Assembly (NCBI GenBank): GCA_017528085.1
Contig: JAFXPH010000002.1
Location: 145,071-209,070, forward strand
Direction: 5' to 3'
Length of the DNA stretch: 64,000 bases
From: Clostridia bacterium
Lineage (GTDB): Bacteria; Bacillota; Clostridia; TANB77; CAG-508
Positions 27,138 through 36,238 of the stretch are shown piece after piece. Within the stretch, counting starts at the first letter, position 1. The number at the start of each line of letters is the position of its first letter. Below the pieces are notes generated by a model. That model saw nothing but the letters and a program-made list of their open reading frames with translations, had not been told where the DNA came from and did not search any database. The translations under genes were made by a program, and so were the position numbers.

Positions 27138-28973
27138 TTAATTATTAGACTCTTCAATAAACTTTACTATTTTTTTACAGATATTTATTGCTTGTCTAGA
27201 TAAATCATTATAATCAATTATATTTTTAGCTATTCTTTTTGAGAAATCAACTTTATTCAAAATAGTACCAGTTCCACCTTTTTTTGAGTACTTTCTACTT
27301 AATAAATAATGATCATCTATAAAGCTTCCCATATATGTTTCTTTATTCTTATATTCTCTTTCCTCATATTTTTTCTTATACTTTACTTCTTTACCATCAA
27401 ACAAAGTTCTCTCTAATACTTCTTTTGAAATTGTATTTTCAATCTCTCTAACAGTTAATTCATAAAAATTATCTTTGAAAATATCTTTTAACTTCTTCTT
27501 TCTTTCACTTTTGTTTTTAGAGTCATTATCATTATCACATATAATAAAGCTTCTATTGGTAATGCCTGATGTATTTATTGAATCTATTGAGTTTGTTGAT
27601 TCAAAATCCCAATGTGTAATATTATTTCCGCCATATTCTACAAAAGCATAATTTATATCTTCTTTATAATTTGTGTTTCCTTCATTTTCAAAATATACTT
27701 CTAAATACCTTTTTATTAGTATCTTATCACTAATTCCTTCAACCCAAATAGTACAATTAGCCATAAATACCGAAGAATTGTTTACCCCTAAGCTTTCTAA
27801 GATTGTAATATCATTAGGTAAAGTATATGAAATTCTGAATCTATTATTTGAGTTGTCAATATTAGTGAACTTAAATATAGATATATTAGAATAATCAAAG
27901 CAACTATCAATTAAATGATTCGAGTGCGTTGTTATAAAATACTGATGTTTAGCAAAAATATCTAGATGTAATATTTCCATCAATCTTCTTTGAAATCCTG
28001 GGTGTAGATTTAGTTCTGGTTCTTCAATAAAAAACACTCTTTCTCTGTCCTTATTCTCATAAATTACATACAAGATTGTAATTAATTGCTTAATTCCATC
28101 CCCTAATTCATGTAAAGGTCTTTCCTGATTACCAATTTTTACATTTATAAATCCTTCATCTTTTTGAGGTATAAGAGTAAATTCATTTCCATTATAAAAC
28201 TGTTGTGAAATAAAGTTTTGAAATTCTTTTATAAAAATTCTACCATCTTCTTTTCCTAATAATTTATTAGTTATATCTTCATACAAATTTTCAGCAGTAA
28301 ATATTAATTGTTCTTTTATTCCATAAGCTTTTTTTATCTTGTTTTGATATATTTGATTAACATTTGTTTTATATTTTTCTAAAGCATCTCTTTGCCTTTG
28401 ATTCATTAAAATAGATTTTAAATCATCATTATTATTGTTAATTTCAAAATAAATATTAAAGTTTTCTATTCCTCTTAAAATAGGTATATAAATTGGATTA
28501 CGCGCTGAAATTGATGTCTGTCGTACATTTTTGTTTTCTCTACATAGTATTTCTAATAATCTATTCATTTGACTATCTATATGAGATATATAATTACTAA
28601 CAGGATAATTATTAGATTTGTAATTGTTTTTAAACATATCTATTTTTTCTTGAATACAACAATAAAAGTCCGTATTTGTCATATCATTATTGTTATCTAT
28701 TTGAAAATCATAATTTGTGTTATTGGTAATTAGTTTTAGATTATTAATAATACTATTTCTACAATCATTTGTGTCATCTTTTACAAAATCATTAGATAAA
28801 ATTTTAACCATGTCGGAGTTTACTAAAAGCCTCATCATTTTACTTTTTCCACTATTATTTTCTCCTATAAACACATTAACTTTATTTAAATGATTTATAT
28901 ATTTAATAGGCATTCCGTTTATCCCATAATAAATATTATCAGTTGCCCCTGCAATTTGTACAGCATTAATCAT
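27138..28973 (-). CDS. OLD-family ATP-dependent endonuclease (ABC-type ATPase plus TOPRIM), standalone class-1-like
   Basis: Walker A VFIGENNSGKS. ABC signature/D-loop FIEEPELNLHP. TOPRIM residues IWVEGISDKILI (Glu) and FIICDNDND (DxD). Asn-rich low-complexity inserts. Confidence 0.6.
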   Translation of the reverse strand: MINAVQIAGATDNIYYGINGMPIKYINHLNKVNVFIGENNSGKSKMMRLLVNSDMVKILSNDFVKDDTNDCRNSIINNLKLITNNTNYDFQIDNNNDMTNTDFYCCIQEKIDMFKNNYKSNNYPVSNYISHIDSQMNRLLEILCRENKNVRQTSISARNPIYIPILRGIENFNIYFEINNNNDDLKSILMNQRQRDALEKYKTNVNQIYQNKIKKAYGIKEQLIFTAENLYEDITNKLLGKEDGRIFIKEFQNFISQQFYNGNEFTLIPQKDEGFINVKIGNQERPLHELGDGIKQLITILYVIYENKDRERVFFIEEPELNLHPGFQRRLMEILHLDIFAKHQYFITTHSNHLIDSCFDYSNISIFKFTNIDNSNNRFRISYTLPNDITILESLGVNNSSVFMANCTIWVEGISDKILIKRYLEVYFENEGNTNYKEDINYAFVEYGGNNITHWDFESTNSIDSINTSGITNRSFIICDNDNDSKNKSERKKKLKDIFKDNFYELTVREIENTISKEVLERTLFDGKEVKYKKKYEEREYKNKETYMGSFIDDHYLLSRKYSKKGGTGTILNKVDFSKRIAKNIIDYNDLSRQAINICKKIVKFIEESNN

Positions 28974-29061
28974 ATTATTTTTCCTCCATAAAAAACATAT
29001 ATTTAGTCACATAAATACTGCGATTATTCTACCATGATTAGTTATTACTTTCAACAAAAAA

Positions 29062-29086
29062 GAACACTATTCAAGTGTTCTTCTTA
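29062..29086 (-). terminator. hairpin terminator downstream of the galE remnant
   Basis: AAGAACAC-tattca-AGTGTTCTT followed by TTTTTTGTTG on the minus strand; also T-rich on the plus strand. Confidence 0.45.
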
Positions 29087-29091
29087 ATTTT

Positions 29092-29466
29092 TTATAGCTC
29101 ATAGTTTGTACTATTTTTTTCGAAATTCCATGCATCTCTGCACATATCTTCTAGGAACTTTTCTGCAGTCCATCCAAGTTCTGTTTTAGCTTTAGTAGCA
29201 TTTGCATAATATTCTGGAAGATCTCCATCTCTTCTTCCTACTATCTCATACTTAATCTTTACATTATTAACTCTTTCAAAAGTATTTACAATATCTAATA
29301 CACTATATCCTTTTTCAGTACATAGATTAAATGTATTTAGTCCTTTATGTTTTTCCATATACTCTATTGATTTAACATGGCCTTTAGCTAGATCTACTAC
29401 ATGGATATAATCTCTTACCCCTATACCATCACGAGTTAGATAATCATTACCAAATATAATTACATT
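29092..29466 (-). pseudogene. galE: 3' remnant of UDP-glucose 4-epimerase gene galE (C-terminal ~125 codons only)
   Basis: In-frame translation VIIFGNDYLTRDGIGVRDYIHVVDLAKGHVKSIEYMEKHKGL...GYSVLDIVNTFERVNNVKIKYEIVGRRDGDLPEYYANATKAKTELGWTAEKFLEDMCRDAWNFEKNSTNY matches the conserved GalE C-terminal half (IFGNDY, GVRDYIHV, RRxGD). The frame closes with a stop just upstream, and the N-terminal Rossmann half is absent. Confidence 0.6.
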
Positions 29467-30068
29467 TTTTCTAATAACTCACACAACTCTTCTTCCGAAT
29501 ATGTTGCATAATCAGCAGCTTCAAGTAAACTAGGTGCAATTTTTCTAACTCCTCCAAAAGCAATTCCTACATCTGCTATTTTTGCCATTTTTGCATCATT
29601 ACTTCCATCACCTATTGCAATTACTTTATATTCTTTTTTATTTATAAAATCCATAGCGACTTCTTCTTTATCTATCACAAAATCTATGCTTTCAATTCGA
29701 TCATTTTTAACAGTAGCTCTTGAACTAAAATAATTATTTTCCATATTCATTTTTTTCATTAACTTCTTTATAAATGTATCAACACTTCCTGATACTATGT
29801 AGCATTCATTTTTATGTTTATTAATAAAGTCAACTAATTTTTCATTGAGTGGAATATCTAGTATTGTTTCATCAATTGTACTTACTGGAATATCTTTCAA
29901 CATACCCATTCTTTTCTTAAGTCCTTCATCAAAAGGAATATCTTGGGTCATACACATTTCTGTAAGTCTTTTCATTTCATCTTCCTTACCAATCTTTTTT
30001 GCTATAGTTGGTAATATTTCGCCTTTAGTGATTGTTGAATCCAAATCAAACAAATAAATCTTTTTCAT
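29460..30068 (-). CDS. HAD-family hydrolase, phosphoserine-phosphatase-like (SerB-type fold)
   Basis: MKKIYLFDLDSTIT is motif I DxDST, with IAIGDGSNDAKM as motif IV. Its 3' end abuts or overlaps the galE remnant in another frame. Confidence 0.6.
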   Translation of the reverse strand: MKKIYLFDLDSTITKGEILPTIAKKIGKEDEMKRLTEMCMTQDIPFDEGLKKRMGMLKDIPVSTIDETILDIPLNEKLVDFINKHKNECYIVSGSVDTFIKKLMKKMNMENNYFSSRATVKNDRIESIDFVIDKEEVAMDFINKKEYKVIAIGDGSNDAKMAKIADVGIAFGGVRKIAPSLLEAADYATYSEEELCELLEKM

Positions 30069-30096
30069 ATTATAATCTCTTTCAATCTTTTAATAA

Positions 30097-31512
30097 TTAT
30101 ACTTTCGTTGGTTGTATTTTATCCAACATTTCAACAACTATTTTTTTAATAATAGTTCTAAAACAAAAGCAAAAACCAATCATTACAATAGTTGCATAAA
30201 TTACAGAAATGTACATATTTTGAATATATGATACTATTAATGAACATAACAGTAATAATGAAATACAATATATTTCTTTTTTGTTATATGTAATATTGCA
30301 ATACTTTTTGACACTTTTAAATCTTATTATAAAACATACAAAGTATGCTACAAAAGTAGATAGACTAGCTGCATATATTCCAATAGTATTTACTAAAGAA
30401 AAATCAATAATAAGATTTATTATGGCAGCAATCATTGAAGTAATGCCCAATTCTTTTGATTTTTGTAAACCTACAAATATTCCACCATAAAATTGTGATA
30501 AGCAAAGGAAAAATAATCCCAATAGTAAAATTGGTAAATGGTTATATGCATTATTAAATTTATTATTAATCAATATAGAAAACAAAATCCTTCCAAGGGA
30601 CAATAATATAATTGTTATAAAGCTTAACAATAAAAATAGTTCTCTAAAAATATTACTATAGAACACTTCTACATCACTATCTTTTTCTCTAGAAGCAGAT
30701 TCTTGCCATGCCATTTGAAATACTGAATAGCCTATAGTTATTATGTTAGGAATCTTTCCAGCAGCGGCATATAAACCATTAGCATTTAAACCACAAAATA
30801 GATTTAATACCAATTTATCAGATGCATTTAAAATCCACCAAGAAACATTATTTACTATCATAGGAATTGAATATTTCAATATTTTTTGTAATTTTTTTAT
30901 CCTAAAACAAAAAACACTAAACAATTTTATTATATTGATTTGAAACATCAAGACCAATGTTGCTAAGCAATGGGAAAGACTAAATCCCAATATATATCCT
31001 TTAACTCCCATTTTTTCTATATTAATAAAATAGATACAAAAAGCAACATTTAAAATAGATAGGATTATACTATTAAGAGAATATGCTTTATTTTTTCCTG
31101 TTCCTCTGGCAACTTGTTGAGCTAAAACATAAATACTTTGTACGTTAATTGCTATCAAATAAAGAAAGTAATGATTATATGAAAAGCACAATATAAATAT
31201 ACTAGCAAAGATATCAAGTACTAGTAAAATACAAATAACAGTCACTATTCCCGAAGATATCGTTTCTTTTTTATCTTGAATTGTTTTATCATCTATCAGA
31301 AACCTAAAGATTCCTTGTTCCAATTGGAGTGTTAAAATAGGAACCAATATAGATATAACTACATTAAAAATATCGACACTACCATATTCTTCTATGCTTA
31401 ACCACTTTGTATAAAAAGGAAGCATAATAATATTAATTAGTTTAGTGCCAATCACTCCAATAAAAAGTATTATGAAAGTTTTTATTAATCTTATTTTCTT
31501 TTTATCCATCAT
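30097..31512 (-). CDS. polysaccharide repeat-unit flippase (Wzx / oligosaccharide flippase family)
   Basis: 471 aa with ~12-14 TM helices. Composition and size typical of Wzx. Located in the glycan locus. Confidence 0.55.
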   Translation of the reverse strand: MMDKKKIRLIKTFIILFIGVIGTKLINIIMLPFYTKWLSIEEYGSVDIFNVVISILVPILTLQLEQGIFRFLIDDKTIQDKKETISSGIVTVICILLVLDIFASIFILCFSYNHYFLYLIAINVQSIYVLAQQVARGTGKNKAYSLNSIILSILNVAFCIYFINIEKMGVKGYILGFSLSHCLATLVLMFQINIIKLFSVFCFRIKKLQKILKYSIPMIVNNVSWWILNASDKLVLNLFCGLNANGLYAAAGKIPNIITIGYSVFQMAWQESASREKDSDVEVFYSNIFRELFLLLSFITIILLSLGRILFSILINNKFNNAYNHLPILLLGLFFLCLSQFYGGIFVGLQKSKELGITSMIAAIINLIIDFSLVNTIGIYAASLSTFVAYFVCFIIRFKSVKKYCNITYNKKEIYCISLLLLCSLIVSYIQNMYISVIYATIVMIGFCFCFRTIIKKIVVEMLDKIQPTKV

Positions 31513-31518
31513 TTTTCA

Positions 31519-32691
31519 TCACTTAAATAATTCTTTAATTTCCTCCATCATAGAATACACTTGTTTCTTTTGTTCAATACAATCTATTTTTTTGATATCT
31601 TTTTGAATTTGATTTACTTTTTCTATAACTATTTTATGGTTAAAATTATCATTTTTGAAACAAAAATCATCTAATTTGATTGTATTCATGAAATCATCTA
31701 CTTTATAATCATATGAAATAGCTATTGCGGGTACACCATAAGAAACAGAAACAATTATTGGATGCATTTTGGTGCTTATAACAAGTTTTCCTTCTGATAA
31801 ATATTTACACATTTGCTCTGCTGACTCACATTTAATGATCTCACAGTTATGAAGTTTGTTATTATTTGTTAGATAATTAACAAATTTTAAATCCCAATTC
31901 CATTTAACACTCATGACAAATCTAATTCTATTATTATTTGATAATTCAGTTATTATTTTTTTCCATTCTTTTTTATATTTTAAACCAACAATGGAGAATC
32001 TTTTTTTTATTTTCTCAAGTATTTTATTTTTCTTTTTACTATTAATATATCTATAACTTGTATATGCTGCTGGCATAACATTTATAAAATCATGAGGTTC
32101 ACTTGCAATAATATAATCCGATATTGTTACAGCTAAATCTGGATTTAACTTGATAATACTACTTGGATTTATATTTTTTAATAGATTTTGTGAACTACTA
32201 TCTCTCACACTAATATAATCGCACAAATCCAAAATTTCCTTTAATAATAATCTTCCTTTTGTTGAAAAAACTGGTCCTATTGATTGTCCAATTATTACAA
32301 CCTTAGCTCCTTTCATATGAGCAATATATATTTCTAATAATCTTGAAACAAATTGAGTAATCCAATTTTCTGAAAAGTATCCACCTCCAGACATAACAAA
32401 AACAGTATTAGCATCAAACATACTTATATATTCTTTAAGGTTATAATCTAACATGTTATTTTTTATTAATTCAAAATCATCTAAACTACGAATATTTTTT
32501 TCCAGATAACTATGAATAGATGGATATGCTTCTATATTATGAATTTTTAAAAAGTCACTAGTTTTATATGAAGTGTACATAATTGTGTCGTTCTTAAAAA
32601 ACTTACTAAATAACTCTATAGTGGATTTAGCTATTACTTCGTCTCCAATATTCCCATATGACCATCCACCTGATATTATATATTTCATCAA
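31519..32691 (-). CDS. polysaccharide pyruvyl transferase family protein
   Basis: N-terminus MMKYIISGGWSYGNIGDEVIAKS matches the PS_pyruv_trans GxxGxxNxGDEAI signature. Confidence 0.55.
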   Translation of the reverse strand: MMKYIISGGWSYGNIGDEVIAKSTIELFSKFFKNDTIMYTSYKTSDFLKIHNIEAYPSIHSYLEKNIRSLDDFELIKNNMLDYNLKEYISMFDANTVFVMSGGGYFSENWITQFVSRLLEIYIAHMKGAKVVIIGQSIGPVFSTKGRLLLKEILDLCDYISVRDSSSQNLLKNINPSSIIKLNPDLAVTISDYIIASEPHDFINVMPAAYTSYRYINSKKKNKILEKIKKRFSIVGLKYKKEWKKIITELSNNNRIRFVMSVKWNWDLKFVNYLTNNNKLHNCEIIKCESAEQMCKYLSEGKLVISTKMHPIIVSVSYGVPAIAISYDYKVDDFMNTIKLDDFCFKNDNFNHKIVIEKVNQIQKDIKKIDCIEQKKQVYSMMEEIKELFK

Positions 32692-32702
32692 TAATTCCCC
32701 TC

Positions 32703-34007
32703 TTAATTACAAGTTTCCTTTTCTTTTATATTTATATATGCTACTAATAATCCAAAGAAAATCCAGAATAATTCATGGACTCCCGAGATTGATAACATCA
32801 TTAAAAAGTAACCCACAAAAAAGTACTTAAACAATTGAATGATATTATCATTCTTTTCTTTTCTATTAAAAACAGTTTTAATAATGAATGAATATAAAAA
32901 TAAGTGTGCTATTATTCCTATTAGTCCGTATTGACATGCTATAGCAAAATAACCCACATCAAATGTATCACTATTTTCTAGTTTATTAGTATATGGATTA
33001 AACCATTTTAATGTTCCTCTTGATTGAGCTTTTTCTCCTAGTCCAAATAAAAAATTTCTACTTAAAGAATATTTTACTTGTGAAAATTGAGAAGTTCTAG
33101 ATAGAATTCCTGATTTATTATCGCCATATCCCTCAATCTCAATTTCATCTACAGTAAAAGTTTTTATAATTGATATTCCAACATTATTAATATATTTTTG
33201 AATCGTCGGACTAACTAATAATACAATTATGATTAAAAGAATAACAAAAACTATTCCTAATAAATATTTTTTTAAAACAATTGATTTTTTCTTTAAAAAC
33301 ATATATGTCAATAGCATTATAGCAATTATTAGAGATCCTCTTGAGTTTGATATTATTAAGCCGATCATATTTAAAATAAAACAAACAATATATTTAATTT
33401 TATTATTAGAATGTTCTATTAAATACATTGCTATTGGTAACATACATAAACAGTAACACCCGTAATAAACTGCATGTCCAAATCCAGCTTCGGCTCTAAC
33501 TATGCCTAGTCTTGAATAATTGGCCATTAACATATTTCTATTAACAGTGTCTAACTTATAAAATAAATTTTCTCCTATTATTACATTTATAATTGTTATT
33601 ATAGCTACTATTCCAGAAGAAATTGTAAGTACTTTCAGTACTTGTTCTAATTTAAGATCATTATCAATAATATTAGCTATTATCCAAACTACTATTAACT
33701 CTTCAATAATTAAAGTACAAATTCTTTTAACTGCTTCATTTGTTACCGGAACATAATAAACATTTGTAATTATCATTAGCCAAAAGTAGCAAAGAAAAGC
33801 AATTTTTGAATAATTATTGTTAAATATTTTTAAAGGAATTTTACCATTGTTTTTAAAAATATAAAATAATACTAGTAGCATTAGCAATACTCTACTTCCA
33901 GTTATTAATGGCAAACTTTCTGATATTTCTAATGCAAAATAACTTGGTAAAATAATATATAAAGTAAAAAATAAAACTTCAATAATTGATAATTTATATT
34001 CTTTCAT
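32703..34007 (-). CDS. O-antigen ligase / Wzy-type polymerase-like membrane protein
   Basis: 434 aa, ~10-12 TM helices with a large periplasmic loop. Glycan locus context. Confidence 0.5.
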   Translation of the reverse strand: MKEYKLSIIEVLFFTLYIILPSYFALEISESLPLITGSRVLLMLLVLFYIFKNNGKIPLKIFNNNYSKIAFLCYFWLMIITNVYYVPVTNEAVKRICTLIIEELIVVWIIANIIDNDLKLEQVLKVLTISSGIVAIITIINVIIGENLFYKLDTVNRNMLMANYSRLGIVRAEAGFGHAVYYGCYCLCMLPIAMYLIEHSNNKIKYIVCFILNMIGLIISNSRGSLIIAIMLLTYMFLKKKSIVLKKYLLGIVFVILLIIIVLLVSPTIQKYINNVGISIIKTFTVDEIEIEGYGDNKSGILSRTSQFSQVKYSLSRNFLFGLGEKAQSRGTLKWFNPYTNKLENSDTFDVGYFAIACQYGLIGIIAHLFLYSFIIKTVFNRKEKNDNIIQLFKYFFVGYFLMMLSISGVHELFWIFFGLLVAYINIKEKETCN

Positions 34008-34029
34008 CTATTTTCCTTTCTTTTGTATT

Positions 34030-34938
34030 TCATCTACTCCCATTAAGAATGGCTAAACGTATCATTATCTTCATTCTAAGAGAAGAATATTTCAATTTTG
34101 GTGAAAAAGCTAACGATAGTTTATTAAAAAAATGAGTTTTATACTCAGACACTTTTTTTAAGAAATCCTGATTATATGGGCATATTTCATTTGAATATAA
34201 TCTTAATATTTCCTCTGCTTGTTCACTTATTGAAATACTTCTTTTTTGAAATATGTCTTTAAAAAATTTAATGACTTTTTTTACTAATCCTGTTTTTACA
34301 CCTATGACATTATTACTATGCTGACGATATTTCATATAAGCATTATCATCATATATTATCTTTCCTCCTACAGAAACACATACCTTACAAATATAAGAAT
34401 CATGCATTTCAACTACATTTGGTTTTTTGTATTTTCTAATAATTCCTAATAGACTGTTGTTAAAAAGTATAGTGCATCCTATTGCATTAACTCCACAAAT
34501 AACAGATTCAAAATTATTGGATGGTACACTCTTATATACTTTTCTTCCTAATGATTTTAAATTTTCATCTACTAACTCTGGATTAGAATAATAAATACAT
34601 GGAACACGATCATCTATTTTATTGATAGCGCTTTGGACCTTATTATCAAACCAATAATCGTCCTGATCAGAAAACAAATAATAATCAAATTCTGGTTCAA
34701 CCATAAATACTAGCTCAATAAAACTTCTAGCAGGTTTTAAATTTTTACCTTTATACCATAAAAGTTTTCCTTTTTTTTTATACTCATCTAATATATTAAT
34801 TGTATTATCTTTTGAGCCATCATCTCTCACAACAAGTGAAAGTTTAAAATTTCCTTTTTGACTTAAAATTGAATCAATTTGCTTTTTAATATATTTCTCT
34901 CCGTTATAGGTTGACATTAAAACACATACTTTTTTCAA
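34030..34938 (-). CDS. glycosyltransferase family 2
   Basis: MKKVCVLMSTYNGEKYIKKQIDSILSQ...RDDGSKDNT is the typical GT2 N-terminus with a DxD/DDGS signature. Confidence 0.7.
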   Translation of the reverse strand: MKKVCVLMSTYNGEKYIKKQIDSILSQKGNFKLSLVVRDDGSKDNTINILDEYKKKGKLLWYKGKNLKPARSFIELVFMVEPEFDYYLFSDQDDYWFDNKVQSAINKIDDRVPCIYYSNPELVDENLKSLGRKVYKSVPSNNFESVICGVNAIGCTILFNNSLLGIIRKYKKPNVVEMHDSYICKVCVSVGGKIIYDDNAYMKYRQHSNNVIGVKTGLVKKVIKFFKDIFQKRSISISEQAEEILRLYSNEICPYNQDFLKKVSEYKTHFFNKLSLAFSPKLKYSSLRMKIMIRLAILNGSR

Positions 34939-34954
34939 ATTAGCACCTCTTGTA

Positions 34955-35911
34955 TTATCTATCCAATATATTTTTATAAAATGTATTGGGTTTATTTTTT
35001 AATTCATCTGAAAATTTATGGCTTAACTTATGAAAAGGAGTCTGACTTTTGATTGCTTCCCAAGTATTTTTATCATATTCCTCAAATAATCTTAATAATA
35101 ATATATGTGGAGTAGAATTAGAAAAAGGAACAACTTTTTCCCAATCAACTTGATACGTTTCAATAGATATTTGAATAAAAAAATGTATCATAAAGTAATC
35201 AAAAGCACAATTGTTTTTCTTCCAAAAATTATGTAAAAGAGCTCTTGTTAACATGATGATTGGTTGATTACTAGAAGCAGTTATAAACCAACTAGATACA
35301 GATATAATATGTCCATCAAGACCAGGTTTCAATTTTTGAAACAAAAACAAATCTGATTCTAAGAAAAATTTTTCCTTAGGAAAATGGCTGCAAAAAACAG
35401 TCCCATCTAACCATGTTCCTCCATGAGTAGCCATTAGCTCAATTCTAATCAAATCAGCAAAATGTACTTTTGAAATAATTCCTTTTTCATATTTTTCTAA
35501 AATATAATCAGGGAAAGAAATGTAGTCTTTATAATTGTTTTCTGTTATTACAATAATTTTGTAACCCTTTAAATTGTCTTTCATTGATTTATAACATTTT
35601 TGTACTATTTCTGGAGCATTTTCCATTCCTTGAAGCCAAATAGTCCATATAATTTTTTCATGATTATGTTCTATATTACTAAAATCATTTTCTTTAACAA
35701 ATGTCTCTATAAACTTTTTATTTTTCTTTTTAATTTTTTTATACAATTTATAATTATAAATATTTCTTACTATTTCTAATGATTTTTTTGAAGTACCAAC
35801 AAGTGATGTTATTACCATCATGCGTATCAACATATGATTTCTAATAAAATCTTTAATTCTTTCTAATCCATTTACCTTTTTAAAAATACTTAAAAATTCT
35901 CCAGTATTCAT
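34955..35911 (-). CDS. capsular polysaccharide synthesis protein (Caps_synth / DXD sugar-binding glycosyltransferase-like)
   Basis: WTIWLQGMENAPEIVQKCYKSMKDNLKGYKIIVITENNYKDYISFP matches the Caps_synth family signature. Confidence 0.55.
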   Translation of the reverse strand: MNTGEFLSIFKKVNGLERIKDFIRNHMLIRMMVITSLVGTSKKSLEIVRNIYNYKLYKKIKKKNKKFIETFVKENDFSNIEHNHEKIIWTIWLQGMENAPEIVQKCYKSMKDNLKGYKIIVITENNYKDYISFPDYILEKYEKGIISKVHFADLIRIELMATHGGTWLDGTVFCSHFPKEKFFLESDLFLFQKLKPGLDGHIISVSSWFITASSNQPIIMLTRALLHNFWKKNNCAFDYFMIHFFIQISIETYQVDWEKVVPFSNSTPHILLLRLFEEYDKNTWEAIKSQTPFHKLSHKFSDELKNKPNTFYKNILDR

Positions 35912-36025
35912 ACTTAAACATCTCCGTTATCTTTCATAAATTCAGCAGTTCTTTTTATTCCATCCTCTAAGCTCAAAGTATTTAGTTTGCCATAACACTC
36001 TTCAGGTATGGTAACTAGATTGGTG
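35912..36025 (-). pseudogene. short C-terminal remnant of an NAD-dependent epimerase/dehydratase-like gene
   Basis: ISLFTNLVTIPEECYGKLNTLSLEDGIKRTAEFMKDNGDV* is open for only ~38 codons, preceded by two stops. It resembles a sugar-nucleotide epimerase C-terminus. Weak evidence. Confidence 0.25.
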
Positions 36026-36185
36026 AACAGTGAAATCTATCATTCTTTTGTTCCAAGTGATTAGTTTCTTCTCACCTGTACTTACTCATCATAGTGGTCT
36101 TTGGTGACTAGAAAAAAGTGACCATAAAAAAGTGACATTTTCCAAATTTTTTTACTGGTTTTTTTCATAAAAAAGTCAAAAAAAT

Positions 36186-36215
36186 GTGGCCTCAAAATCA
36201 AATTTAAGCCACTTT
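36186..36215 (-). terminator. hairpin terminator after the serine recombinase operon
   Basis: GTGGCCTCAAAATCAAATTTAAGCCAC is followed on the minus strand by ATTTTTTTGACTTTTTTATG. Confidence 0.5.
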
Positions 36216-36238
36216 TATTTTATATTCTAATATTTTAT

